From the human T2T-CHM13v2.0 reference genome, Homo sapiens: a stretch of 64,000 bases of DNA. Location: assembly GCF_009914755.1 (NCBI RefSeq), contig NC_060933.1, one strand, 5' to 3'. A program made the position numbers and the translations under genes. Shown here in pieces: positions 26,401 to 41,017 of the stretch. Within the stretch, counting starts at the first letter, position 1; every line of letters starts with the position of its first letter. A model generated the notes under the pieces. The model had not been told where the DNA came from. It did no database searches and saw nothing but the letters and a program-made list of their open reading frames with translations.

Positions 26401-28401
26401 TGACATCATATAACTTCTATGTTTTTACCAACCATTTATAGAACCAACAAAACTACTGTAAATTCTATTCCACAAAAATAAGGAGTTAGCTCTTACATGG
26501 CTATAAACTTCAATCTTCATTTATGAAGGGGAAAAAAAACGAAAGTAGACCGGTAAAGGAGAAGTCTTGAGATTTAGGAATTAGGCAAACTTATCAGGGG
26601 AGCGAATGAGCATTACTATGTCCCCATATTTCCACATAATATACTGCATGTTTTCAAGGAGTAATTTTAGATAGTATTTGAATTATTACTTAAATAATAA
26701 AGGGCTTTCTAATTCTCCTCCCTAGAAGTAATCAATTTCTACTGTGGTAGCCACCAAAATTACCTTTAATATCATTTAATTTTGAAAATTGTAACCATGA
26801 TTTAATTAAAATATATATTCATTTTAAAAAGAAATTTTAAATCTACCAGTCTGCATAAAAGTAGGGTTTTTTTCTAAATCACTTAAAAGCTGGACTTCAA
26901 GGCTTAAAAAGCCTCCTATAATTGTATTTCCTTCAGAATACCCATTCCTCCTCTAATTAAAAATCTTTAAGTATTGTTGAGACTAAAGTAATTCTTTCAG
27001 AAATTTTGCATTTTCAATTTTATGCTGCTATTTTGACCCATAATACTCTTCTAAGTATTATCAAATTGTATTGGATAATCTGTGTTACTCCATGTGGTAC
27101 TGGAATGTGTATAGTCACACTTTAAATAAGGCACTTCCAAAAATTAATCCTACTATTTCTAGAATTGTTTTACCCTTGATAATGCTGTTTTTATATTTAC
27201 TTTATTTTTCTCTTTTCTCTTCTCCATCTTTTTCTTTCTTCCTTTGCATCCTTTCCCTCAACTACATATTTCTTTTCTCTTGCTTTCTACTGCTTTTTTC
27301 CCCTTGTAATCTCTCATTCCTCTTCTCTTTGCCTTTTCTTCCTCTACTCTTGGGGTTTTTAACATGATCTCCGTGGGACCCCATGTATGGATGGGCTTCA
27401 GGCGATCCGAAGATATTCTGAAAGTGAGTGCAAGTTACTTATATTGAAAGTGGGTTACTTGTTGTGCTTGTTAAGTATCCCTAAAGTCCCAAAGAAGCAA
27501 GTGAATGACCAGAAAATTGTAAAGAAAACCCCAATCACCCCTCTCAAATTGCCCTTTTTGTTTGCCTCTAGTTTCCATCTACAGTCCTGTGCAAGGCAAA
27601 CTACCAGGGAAGCGCTACGATGTTTCCTCTCATGTTCATTTCCAGACTTTCTTTTTCTACTTTCACTTGAAAAAGACGAAATGTTTTCCCTTAAGAAACT
27701 GCATTGTACTGGCAGGAAGGATTTAGTTCCCGTCAGTGCCATATCGGAGGAAAAAACAACAACCTGGGAACACAGTGCTGGAGAACCTGGCAGCTGATGA
27801 TTCTCAGGAAGAGGAACTAGCAGGACGCTTCGCTTCTAAGCACCCCTTGCTGCATTCATGCATGAAAGATAAAACGTCTTCTGCTGTTTGCCAGTTGATT
27901 TTGAAGAAAAAAACAGATATCTTGCAACTTTTAACCCACTGCTGCAACGACAAATGCGAAAACCATTCTTCCACCACAAGTTTTCTGAAATAGACCAGAG
28001 TTATAAACATTTTTTTCCTCTCTCTCTTTGTTCATGGCATTTTCTATGCCTCAAGATTTTTCCTCAGCATATTCTGAATTTAATAGACTACTACTAATTC
28101 ATTAAGAGACAACTTAAATGCAGCCTTTGGTATGAAACATTCCCTCATTTGAATGTACTCTAGCGTCACCTTTTTCTAGTCATATATACAATGAATTATC
28201 AAAGCTATGTGTGCCTTTTAGCAGAGGTGGTGTCTTATTCACCTTTATTTGTTCCAGTATCTATAAAAGCAGAAAGTTTGTAGGTAGGCAAATTATGTAG
28301 AATGATTGGATAAATGAATAAATGCATTTTAAGTTCAAAAGAGCAGTTATTTAAGTTGCAATACCCAAAATCAAAGCCAATTAATTCATTTTATAAGATG
28401 C

Positions 28402-30652
28402 TTATATGGTTTGGCTGTGTCCCCACCCAAATCTCAACTTGAATTGTATCTCTCAGAATTCCCATGTGTGGTGGGAGGTTACCAGGGGGAGGTAATTGAA
28501 TCATGGGGGCCAGTCTTTCCTGTGCTATTCTTGTGATAGTAAGTCTCACCAGACCTGATGAGTTTATCAGGGGTTTTCGATTTTGCTTCTTGCTCATTTT
28601 CTCTTACCACCACCATGTACAAAATGCCTTTCACCTCCTGCCATGTGAAACTGTAAGTCCAATTAAAACTATTTTGCTTCCCAGTCTCAGGTATGTCTTT
28701 ATCAGCAGTGTGAAAATGGACTAATACAGTAAATTGGTAGTAGTAGAGTGGGGCATTGCTGAAAAGATACCCAAAAATATGGAAGCAACTTTGGAACTGG
28801 GTAACAGGCAGAGGTTGGAAAAATTTGTAGGGCTCAGAAGAAGACAGGAAAATGTGGGAAAGTTTGGAACTTCCTAGAGACTTGTTGAATGGCTTTGCCC
28901 AAAATGCTGACAGTGATATGGACAATAAGGTCCAGGATGAGGTGGTCTCAGATGAAGATGAGGAACTTGTTGGGAGCTGGAGAAAAGGTGACTCTTATTA
29001 TGTTTTCGCAAAGAGACTGGCAGCATTTTGTCCCTGCCCTAGAGATTTGTGGAACCTTGAACTTGAAAGAGGTGATTTAGGGTAAATGACAAAAGACATT
29101 TCTAAGCAGCAAAGCATTCAAGAAGTGACTTGGGTGCTGTTAAAGAGATTCAGTTTTATAAGAGAAACAGAGCATAAAAGTTTGGAAAATTTTCAGCCTG
29201 ACTTGCAATAGAAAAGAAAAACCCATTTTCTGGGGAGAAATGCAAGCCACCTGAAGAAATTTGCATAAGCAGCAAGGAGCCTAGTGTTAATCCCAAAGAC
29301 CTTGGGGAAAATGTCTCCAGGCCATGTCAGAGATATTCACAGCAGCCCCTCCCATCACAGGCCCAGAGGCCCAGGAAGAAAAAGTGGTTTCCTTGTCTGG
29401 GCCCAGGTTCCCTGTGCTGTGTGCAACCTAGGGACTTGGTGCCCTGTGCACCAGCTGCTCCAGCCATGGCTGAAAGGGGCCAACATACAGCTTGGGCTGT
29501 GGCTTCAGTGGCTGGAAGCCCCAAGCCTTGGCAGCTTCCATGTGATATTGAGCCTGCAGCTTCACAGAAGTCAAGAATTGAGGTTTGGGAACCACTGCCT
29601 AGATTTCAGAAGATGTATGGAAATGTCTGGATGCCCAGGCAAAAGTTTGCTGCAGGAACAGGGCCCTGATGAAGAACCTCTGCTAGGGCAGTGTGGAAGG
29701 GAAACGGGGGGGGGGGGGGTTGGAGCCCCTACACAGAGTCCCTACTGGGGCACTGTCTAGTGGAGCTGTAAGAAGAGGGCCATCATCCAGCAAGCCCCAG
29801 AATGCTAAATCCACCAACAGCTTGCACTGTGAGCCTGGAAAAGCCACAGACACTCAATACCAGCTCGTGAAAGCAGCTGGAAGGGAGGCTGTACCTTGCA
29901 AAGTCACAGGGGTGGAGCAGCCGAAGAACATGGGAATCCACCTCTTGAATCAGCGTGATCTGGATGTGAGACCTGGAGTCAAAGGAGATAATTTGGGAGC
30001 TTTAAAATTTGACTGCCCCACTGGACTTCACACTTGCATGGGCCCTGTAACTCCTTTGTTTTGGCCAATTTCTCCCATTTGGAATGGCTGTATTTACCCA
30101 ATACCTGTACCCCCATTGTATCTAGGAGGTAACTAACTTGCTTTTGATTTTACACGCCCATAGATGGAAGGAATTTGCCTTATCTCAGATGAGACACTGG
30201 ACTGTGAACTTATGGGTTAATGCTGAAATGAGTTAAGACTTTGGGGGACTGTTGGAAAGGCATGATTGGTTTTGAAATGTGATGATTTGAGATTTGGAGA
30301 GGGCAGGGGTGGAATCATATGGTTTGGCTCTGTGTCCCCACCCAAATCTCAACTTGAATTGTATCTCCTAGAATTGCCATGTGTTGTATTGTGGAAGGGA
30401 CCCAGGGGAAGGTAACTGAATCATGGGGGCCTGTCTTTCCCATGTTGATCTCATGATAGTGAATAAGTCTCACAGTATCTGATGGGTTTATCAGGGGTTT
30501 CTGCTTTTGCTTCTTGCTCATTTTCTCTTGCCATCATCCTGCAAGAAGTGCCTTTCCTCTCCCACCATATGGAACTGTAAGTCCAGTTAAATTTCTTTTT
30601 CTTCCCAGTCTCGGATATGTCTTTATCAGCAGTATGAAAACACATTAATACA
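28402..30652 (+). mobile_element. Full-length THE1A element: LTR 28402-28728, internal 28729-30314, LTR 30315-30652
   Basis: THE1A diagnostics (AATCTCAACTTGAATTGTATCTC, GTTTATCAGGGGTTT), complete int region, perfect TSD GATGC at 28397-28401 and 30653-30657. Confidence 0.95.
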
Positions 30653-30962
30653 GATGCATTATATGAATTGCCTGATATAGATCATAGATCAATCTATAAA
30701 CATTGATTAGTGAAATGATATGCCAGATCACAGTAAGAGGTAGAAAACACACACACACACAGAGTATATTACATACTTCTAACAATCCTTCAATAAGGAA
30801 ACTCATTTAACTTAATTTAGCATTTCCCACTATCATTTTTAGGACACCTACTATATTTTAATTTCCCCAAAAAAGAAATATTGTATAGAATCCATTAAGC
30901 CATTTTGGAAAATCATAGGCTAAATAATAAATATTTTATTTTGTTTTGCACTGTAGAGGCAA

Positions 30963-30965
<3 letters not shown>

Positions 30966-31002
<37 letters not shown>
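30966..31002. repeat. (TG)n microsatellite
   Basis: ~18 uninterrupted TG units. Confidence 0.98.
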
Positions 31003-31006
<4 letters not shown>

Positions 31007-32447
31007 AGGATCCTGAATATCACTTCATTATAATACCCATATTTTATTTAACAATGCAAAACACCACCTAGCCAACAATATATATTTTTAAAACTATAAA
31101 ACCAAAAACCCACAACTATAAAACTCCACATGTAACTAAGACTTTCAGACAAATAAATGTATTATAAAGTTTTCCTGTAATTATTTGTATTTAAAATAGT
31201 TAATAGGGAGCAGCTGAGTCTTCTCTTCCATTCAAAATGTTTATTTTAACTCTAAGCAATTAAGTTGGAATGGTCAACAAATAAAGAGTAAAAGTAATTT
31301 AGAATAAGAGTGATATTTTTTCCATGATATTAGGGAAAATTAAATGTCCTTGAAACTACCATTAAACTGAATTTAATAACCTGATATACTAAACAGGAAA
31401 GGAGAAAAAAAGTGGTCTATATTAACATTACTAGACAGCTACAGAGTAATTCCACTGAAATTCACAATTGGTTGGGGGGAAATTGGAGAACTTTATCATA
31501 ATATTTGAATTGGTTTTGTTAATTCAAAAAAGCAAAATACAAAGGTGAATTTTATTTGTAAGAATGCTGTGTAATGGAGTCAATCTGGAAAATATTAATA
31601 AATATATCACAAAATCACATACAGTAGAAAAAGGAGATGCTTTAACATTGGCCATTAGACTTTTCCCATCTATGTTTCACATTGCTTTCGGGGTTTGACC
31701 TTATGAGACTCTATCTGCTTTCTGCTGTGAGCTATAGGCAAACTGCTGGCAAGGCACTCTCCATGTTCATTTTGAAAAATCAACAATGACAATCTTTCCC
31801 TAGTCTGTCCTGTGCTCATTATCTATGTCTCCAAAACTAAACCGCTTAATACAATGTTCTCTCATGTTTAGACTTTTAGAAAGTATACATTAGCTATAGC
31901 CTAAGAATCATCCTTAGAAAAGATGTTTTTGCTTGCTGTATAGATGTTGCAGGCAAAAAATGTAATAGCCAATTGGGTAGTTCTGATTTCTGCATATTTT
32001 GAAAATGGGTATTGTAATACCATCTCTTTAGCCTGCAGTTTTTTAAAAAGAATAAAGGCTCTGAAATCTGACTTTGTTCACCTCTGAAGACTTTCATTTA
32101 AAAGCTGAGCACTTTAGAGAATTATTAAATTGTTCTGAGATGCAGCTGCCTCATTGCAAAAATCAAGCTCTTAATAACTTTTTCATAGTAGTACTCCTCA
32201 GGGAGTATACACATACATACATACATACGTACACATATATACAATACATACCATGGAATTGAGACTTAGAATGTGGTCATATGTTTCCATTCTCTTGCCT
32301 TTAAAAATCATTATAAGCACATCTTTTTTGTAGGAGTCATTTGCTTTTCAATTCCCATAAACCAACTAGTCTACAGCCACAATTATTCTAAAAACATTCC
32401 ACAGCCATTTAACCCTGCACACACACATAGAAACACATCTGAACTCA

Positions 32448-32832
<385 letters not shown>

Positions 32833-35800
32833 TTAGCAGTATGGACATTATAGACAGAAAAAATGACCATGTATTCTCACACGCTCTTAGCTAGAGCCTC
32901 AGGAAATGACTAAGAAATGACTGATCAATCAGAGAGGATGATGTTCAACCTAGAAAATCGCTAACATAGATCAGTGCAACCAGGAGGTAAGCAGTTTCTG
33001 GAAACTTGACACATTGAACTACTTAATTCAATGAAAACAAAGTAGAATTTGTTTAATAGAAACTTGGCTCATTCTACTGTCGTATGCTTCTAGACGAATG
33101 AATGATGTTCACTGAAATCTAGAAGATGACTATATTTTGGGCCACTTTTCTTTTCCCTAAATAAAGTGACCTGTATAGAATAAGAAAATAAAAATTATAA
33201 TTAAAATCACAATAATGCTATGACAGAGGTCCTAATTTGGGGGAAAGTTTAATAATTTTAGGAATATAAATTTGATGATTTCTTTTCCAGAAACATACCA
33301 TTGAAAGACACATTAAATCTCTGAATATATATTTTCAGGATATGTAAGTATTTCATAATAGTAAAGCTTTTGTTATAGACAGCGCCCTGAGTAAAATGAT
33401 ACAGTCTGTTCATAATAATTTTTCAAAGAGGATTTTGTCATATACTGAGAATGCAAAGAACAAGTTAGGATTCATAATTCATTTTTGCATTTTTTATTAA
33501 ATATATGCCGACACATTCAAGAAGTCTCATTTACTTAGATATTAAGAAGTATTTTAGAGTACATAAGTGGAAGAAAGACAATAGCACAATAATCTCATTC
33601 ACTATGATGAAATATCAAGTGTACGTGGCATGGAAATTTTGTCTCGTAGGGGTAGAGAGGAATTAAAATTATCTTCATTTCTAGCCACAGCTGCAAAACA
33701 GAAGAGAATTTTATAAAGCAGAGCAAGCTTACAAATGCTTACATTGTTTATGCTTGCAAAATGTTGGAAAGAAAATAAATACAATTATATAATTTCAAAA
33801 TTCATTATTCATCAAAGATTCTCATTTTTCACAAATCCAGAAAAAAATATCAGAATTAATGGAAGGGAAAATAATGCTTGAATACTATAAATACTGTTTT
33901 GTTTCTCAAATTCTGATACCTTTAGTAAAATACAATACCGAACTTTCAAAAAAGTTATATATTTGACTACTTATGGCAAAGCTATTTCAAAGTTATTTTA
34001 CATTTCAGACAAAATTTCATTTGTTTCTGCCTAAAACTGTACTGCTAAGGCCAATATTATAATGACTTGTCTGGGAAAACAAGATATTTGTAATAGACAT
34101 TCAAGTATTTATTTTATGGTTATGCCATCAATATTTAAAATTGACAACAAGTAAATGTTGTATATCATTTACTTGTATATACAAGTAAATCTTGTATATC
34201 ACCACTTTTAAGAGTGGTGATATTTTCATAATTATATAAATTAATTATGTTCTGTGCAACACTGAGTCAACACTATTCGTCTTAAATAAATCAGTTAATA
34301 CCTCATGTAAAACTTTAAAGCACAGAATTATTTTATTTTTTATTTTTAAACAAATCTTATTTTAGACACAACATTGTTTTAATCTCATTGAGATTCTTAG
34401 TGTAGGTGCCATTAGCAAGTTTCCATCAGTTCAAATGTAGAACTTTTTATTGTGTTATTTTTTGTTGTTTGTGGTAGCACTCAAGAACTAGTAAGAGCAT
34501 GAAGCTACAAAATATTGAGTATCATTGAAAATTTAATGTATGTAAACATTTATATATAAATTGTAATATACATGTAAGTTATGTGTATAAACATTTATCA
34601 AACTTATTTTAATGGTGTTTATTCAGAGTAAAAAGTTGGGTAATGATAAAGTTGATTTTCACCTTTAAAAGAGTGAATGGAGATGTAAAGTGTGTGTATG
34701 TTTAGTGTCTACTTTTTTTAAAAAAGAGTAGAATGGAGATGACAACGTGTGTGTGTGTGCGCGTGTGTGTATGTTTTAGAAATCTTTGATGAAAGCAACA
34801 TGATGTTATTATGATTAACTTAAGCACAAAATGAATGTTTTGAAAATCTGTGATATAGTCCCGAATAAAAAGAAAAAAGGGAAAACTGCTTTCTTAGAAA
34901 CTGGAATTAGGGCTCCTCCAATGGACACTGTCACTAATGGGGACATACTTCAGACAACACTTGTTGAGGGTCTTCTATCATTTTTGTTTTTCTGGTGGTA
35001 CTAAGCATCTGTTGCTTGCACATCTCCAAAAGAATTTTGGAGAAAAGTTTCAAGGATATTGTTTGATAATTAAAATGATTCCCTGTAAGTTTAATTGTGA
35101 AGGGTATAATTTTCAGCATATTATAAATACAGACTTTACAAAATATAACTTCTATATAATTGCTTTAAATGTAGTCAATAGGATCTAAATACCATGAAGA
35201 TTTGATACCTACAACCTTCAGTCATGAACAGTCTATATTCCAAAAGAGGAGATATTTCCAAACTGTATCACCTACGAAATTATAACCTAATTAAAAATAT
35301 ATTTTGTTCTTGAAAGTCTTGTATTAAGGATGCCAACAGAATAGAAAGCTGGTTCAGTTCTTTCACCAGCACACAACTCTACTCCATTTGTTTATGTGTC
35401 CGCTAAACTTAGACTGTGCCATCTTCCCAATGAGAGTACCCTTTTCTTGAATCGAGCTTCATTCTCCGGAGAGCTGCTAAGTAGCAGGAAGTGGTGAAGA
35501 CAGCAGGGCTGGCATTCAAAATGGTAAGGAAAGAGATAAGGAAGCTTCTTTATCTCTGATACAGAAGCAACAAGTAAAATGAGCACTCCAAGTTAAGTGT
35601 CAGCACTTTGCTATGAGAGTGAATGCGTTCAAGTGCCTATGAAAGTCTTTTAAACAGCTGAGCTGGTTTATGTAATTCCATCAGTCAAAATTATTTGTGT
35701 TAAATTTTAACAACTAGTCACAGTTGAGAGACATCAAAGTTGGCTAATTGTTGAAAAGTGATGTTAAAAATCGGTCATCATGTCTATCAATGCTGATGAC

Positions 35801-36080
35801 TTTATATATCCCTACCTTTGTCCTTGCTTTCATCTCCCTGTTCCTTTCTCTTAAGTAGTCAGTTTCCAATTTTCCTCTGATTGTTTACTCATACCTTGTT
35901 TCTCAGATGGTGTCTCTTAAAAAAAAATTTTAGGATCAAGATTTTCTTTGCATTCCCAACTAAACTTTAATCACCATGAATGCAAGTATAATGTCTATAT
36001 TCACTCACTATTATATTCCCAGCACCCAGCAGAGGACATTCAATAACTATATAATAAGAGAATAAATAAAAAATATAAAC

Positions 36081-36477
<397 letters not shown>

Positions 36478-38319
36478 TCAAAGACTAAATTCAGAGATGT
36501 CATCCATCAAAGGAACACTATTTTCTGAAAATAGTGATAGGTATATTGAAAAGAGCTCTGCAGTTAAAGACATCTAGGAGATACTGAATACAATTTAATA
36601 AACAGAAAAAAGTAATGAACAAATGATGGATTAAATACAGAATATTGAATTTGCCCTATGTTTGATTCCTAGAAACCTGCTAATGAAAATGATTAAAATA
36701 ATTTCAGATGAATTGTTAATGCCTGTTACATTTTCATATTATTTATCACCCCACATAATATATGCCTTCCAAATATGCTTATGGCAATTAACCCAAAGAA
36801 TGAATAAAGTGGTAATCACATTTATCACAACAAGTTATGGGGGGAGAATTGTTTTTATACCATGCAGAACACTCCCTATCCACTGGTGATTGTCAAATAT
36901 TGTGGTCTAAGAAGAGCACCATAGACAAAAATTCAAAAACACACAGAAGAAAAGGGAAAAAATACTTTGCTACTCTCTTGAATTATTCTTAGTGGGTCTT
37001 ACTAACAAAACTACAAAAAGAAATGCAAACTTTACATATTATCTCAAAATGAATCTGTAAGGCAAAACTACAGCAATAACGGGAATGGTGCTAGGAAAGC
37101 TGGTGGAGTGTTTGTGAATGTGTGTGTGTGTTTGTGTGTTGTGCTTGTGTACCCAACTAAAACACAGCATCCTAAATATTTTCAAGTTTAAAATTCTAAT
37201 TATTCATTATAAAAGCACAATACAATAAAAAAGAAGCCCTTCTTTAAACTCTGGCCAAGGTCCCTCTAGCAGAAGGATTCTAACAAGAATGAAGATAAAA
37301 AGATGTCTGTGAATTCTCAAAAATTCACTTGAAATTTATGTTGCATCCCCTCACCTTGCTCAGTAACCATGTTTTGTTAACACTGTTGAGCCTTGTTGAC
37401 TCCTGGTGACTGGAATATGTTGTTAACTAAACTGCTGGAAGTTCTAGTGCTTGCAGCTAATGCATTCTCAGAACTGCACAGTATGAACACAGCAGGTGTA
37501 AAGTAAAAGCAATAATAAAAAATTGAACAGACTTTAAGTGCTATGATTATTACTGTAGGCCAGTTTTTATCTTCTATTTTAAAAGTATACTTCTTGGATT
37601 TCCTGTGTCTGAAAGTATTGATAGCCTCATATTTTCTTTCTTAGTGATGGGAATTAAATATCATATTTTTAAAAAGCAAGTAATATTTGAAAGGCTTGCC
37701 TATAGATGGTGAACTCCTAAATCTATGAATGAAATTATCTGAAGATTCTGAGAAAAATCCCTCAAATAATCTAACAACTGATTAAAAATTCAATACAGGA
37801 GTAGCTGTGACTTTTAACATCAGCTTTCCCCTAGGGAGCTTTTACCCATTGATCAATTTTGCATCTTTCTAAAGTCAAAGGAGGAAAAGAACTTGTTTTA
37901 GAGATAGAAACTCTGAGTAGCAGAAGCACTTTTCATTGGAAAGTAGAATGATGAAAATCAAATTCTAATTTCAGCAATCCATTACCTATGCAAGATTGTG
38001 TTTTGAAATGAGGGTAAATGTATCTTTATTTCTACCTGTAGAGATATAGATATACTACCAGAAAACAAGATACACAGGTAGGCTTATCTGAATCTACCGT
38101 CAGATTATTTCATCTTACTTATTAAGAGCAAAAATACTATATTAATGGATTATTTTTGTCATCTTTTTCTCTTTAGTAACTTACAAGGTATGAAACATTC
38201 AAGAACTAGTAAGATATGCAAATCCTGTATGTACCTGAAGTGTTTTACAAGAACATGTCCACACTGATGTTACACATTCATATTACTTTTAATAATTATT
38301 CATATTTTTCATAGTTTTA

Positions 38320-39080
38320 CTTCCTGCATCTGATCCATCAGTGCACTCTGGCTGCTGTAACTCTAAAACATATTTAAAATTAAATCACTTCTCACCCTTC
38401 TATTGTTACTACTGTGGTCTGAGCTACCAGGCAACAGCCACCTAGCATGATCTGTCATTTCAATTACTGTCTCCTAATTGATCATTGTTCTTGCATAATT
38501 TTGGTGTGTTTTAACAGAGCATCCATAATGGTACCATTAGATCACATCAGCTCCATCCTCAAAATATTCCAGTGTTCCCTATCTGCTTTAGAGTAAAGGA
38601 TAAGTCTTTACAATGATTTACAAGGCATTAAGCAGCCTCTCTCTTATGCCCCATTACATTTCTGATCTCATTTACTAAAATTATTTTTTTCAATCTCTGT
38701 GCTCCAGGCACACTCCCCTCTTAGCTGTTTAAGCATGCCAGTCACACTCTTACCTCAAGACTTTTGCACTTGTTATTCATTCTGCCTAGAGTGTTCTTCC
38801 TCCTGATAACCATTTGGCTTTCTTTGGGTTGTCTCTCTCATATCATTTTTGAAGTTTAACCTCCCCTTCTTACTCTATTTGAAAACCCACCACTCCATTA
38901 CTTTCTAATTCTCTTTATTTTTCTTGTTAGCACCTCTTAATATGTATTATTTATTTACCCAAATAGAACACAACTCCATGAGGGAAATTAGTTTCTTATG
39001 TTTTGTTCACTGTTTTATACCAGTGTTTAGTACAGTATATGAAACATAGAAAGTAGATGCTCAGTAAATATTCATTTAAC
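38320..39080 (+). mobile_element. L2a 3' portion
   Basis: GATCACATCAGCTCCATCCTCAAAA..TTTGCACTTGTTATTC..CTGCCTAGA..CTCCATGAGGG..TTGTTCACTG..TAGATGCTCAGTAAATATT. Confidence 0.8.
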
Positions 39081-39114
39081 ATTTTTCCTAGATATGGGAA
39101 GCATTTTTTTTAAA

Positions 39115-39262
39115 ATCATGGGATTTTAGAGATATGGAAATCTTAGATTTCCTGCTTCCAACAATCTTATTTTACAGAGTGAATACTGAAGACCAAAGAT
39201 GTCGTGTCCTTTCCAGAGTCAAGTAGTTAATTAAAGTCAGAATTTGGAGTAGAAGTTGGGAT
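39115..39262 (-). mobile_element. MIR
   Basis: ATTTTACAGAGTGAATACTGAAGACCAAAGA core. Confidence 0.6.
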
Positions 39263-39559
39263 TTTTAAAATTATTATTGAAATGATTATATCCTTTACAT
39301 CTCATTATTACCACTATGTGAATTATAAATTTGAGAGAGAAAATAAATTTAAGATATATAAGCATATAAAAGTAGTAGTCCTGAGAAATTATAAAATCTG
39401 AGTTATTGATACATAAAATTATTTATAATTACAATAGAAAAATAACTATAGCTCATAGAATATCACAAGTCAATTATAAATTAGAAACATCACAATGTGA
39501 GTGAAAAATATACAGCACAAGCACATATTATACTAAGAAACACTATAATTGAAAAACAA

Positions 39560-40050
39560 GGATCTCATTATACTCAACGCTGGTCAGGCCCTTATTAGAA
39601 TAACATCTTCAATACTGAGCTCAGGAGCAAAATGGGGATGTGGTCAAATTGAAGTGTGCTCAGTTGGGAGCTAGAAAGATAATTAAAGTGCTGGGAAATT
39701 GGGCCTTTGAGGATAGGTTAGAGTAACTCGGATTACTGAAACTGAATCAAAGGGGGTTGAGGGTAGATTGGATAATAGTTGCCAAGTGTAAAAATAGTCT
39801 TATTTTAAAGAAAGGAAGCCAGCTGTCAGGTTCTCTATAGGGGAATAAGAAGGGGGTCAATGCTATTTCTCCGCAGGATAGTGAAATTAGGTCAAGTGTA
39901 ACGAAACTTTTCCTTACATGGGAGAATTATTAAATGGGAAGACATTACTGAGAAAAGTATTTTCATATGGTAGTCTAAAATTTGCCATGGGTTCTCAATG
40001 TTTGAGATTGATTAAATCTCCCCCTTGATGAGGGCATGGATAAGGTAACA
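39560..40050 (+). mobile_element. L3/CR1 LINE relic (ORF2 C-terminus)
   Basis: TTATACTCAACGCTGGTCAGGCCCTTATTAGAA = LYSTLVRPLLE (CR1 LYSALVRPHLE motif), followed by remnants of the KLERVQ..RATKMIKGL..EERL motifs. Confidence 0.7.
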
Positions 40051-40681
40051 AAGCAAATTTTCTCCAGGTCATTACATGTCTGGTTCTCATTGATTGTTCC
40101 ACTTCTTCTTGAAATAATGTTTGATTACAGTTTAATTGTAACCTCATTCTGTATAAGTATCTTCGTCCCTTTTTGCACTAATCAAATTTAATATTGCTGA
40201 ATAATGTTGCAGGAAAATTTTTATGAGATTCTTACAATCACTAATACATCAAGGCCATTTATTAATAGCTAGACTCTTTCATGAAATATCTTCCTAAATT
40301 TCTTAACCCCCTCTTCTGACCCACATCCCTTTTGCTAAATTGCATTCTACATTCTTGCAGAAGAATTAATTCTTCCTAGCATAGATCTAGTCATGATAAT
40401 TTTTCTTAAAAAAAAGTTTGGTGTATATTAACTATTCGCATCTCTCTGTGGCCAGAGGAATAAAGGCCCTATGTATCTCTTGCACTTTAATCCCGGTGTA
40501 ATGCATCATTTTATGTTGGACACCATTTTCCTTTGATAAACTGTCTTATACATTATACTGGCCTATTTTCTTTAATGAAATTTTATAGGCTGCGTTTTAA
40601 AAAGACATAACTTAACCCACCTTATCATTGCTCATTCTTATTCCTTCTTTTATCAGTCACCTGCTCAACTCTTAAAAATGC

Positions 40682-41017
40682 TGGCTTAGTCAATTCTTGC
40701 TGCTACAGCAAAATACCTAAGACTGGATAATTTATAAAGAACAGAAATTTATTTCTCACAGTTCTGGAGACTGGGAAGTTCAAGATCAAGACACTGGCAA
40801 TTTATCTGGTGAGGACCTCTTTTCTGAGTTCTCATATAGCAGAAAACAAAAGGGCAAGCTAGCCTAAAATTGTGTGAAGTCTCTTTTCAACGGGCTTAAT
40901 CCCATTAACAAGGGAACAGCCCTTATAGGCCTAATCACTTCTTACAGGCCACACCTCTCAATACTATCACTTTGGCAATACCTAAATTTTGGAGGGGGCT
41001 ACGTTTAAATCATAGCA
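40682..41017 (-). mobile_element. MLT1A/MSTD-type solo LTR
   Basis: CAGAAATTTATTTCTCACAGTTCTGGAGACTGGGAAGTTCAAGATCAAG; ends CATAGCA; perfect TSD AATGC. Confidence 0.88.

Noticed and set aside
29697-29723. Poly-G run / G-quadruplex in THE1A-int
   Set aside because: Simple homopolymer expansion; no further support.
28852-30136. ORFs in THE1/MST internal regions (also 22309-23072 and 62731-63358)
   Set aside because: Fragmented remnants of the known MaLR internal ORF.
35330-35800. Possible enhancer or exon (CAGGAAGTG, TGTTTAT, ATG|GTAAGG)
   Set aside because: Short motifs expected by chance; needs conservation or chromatin data.
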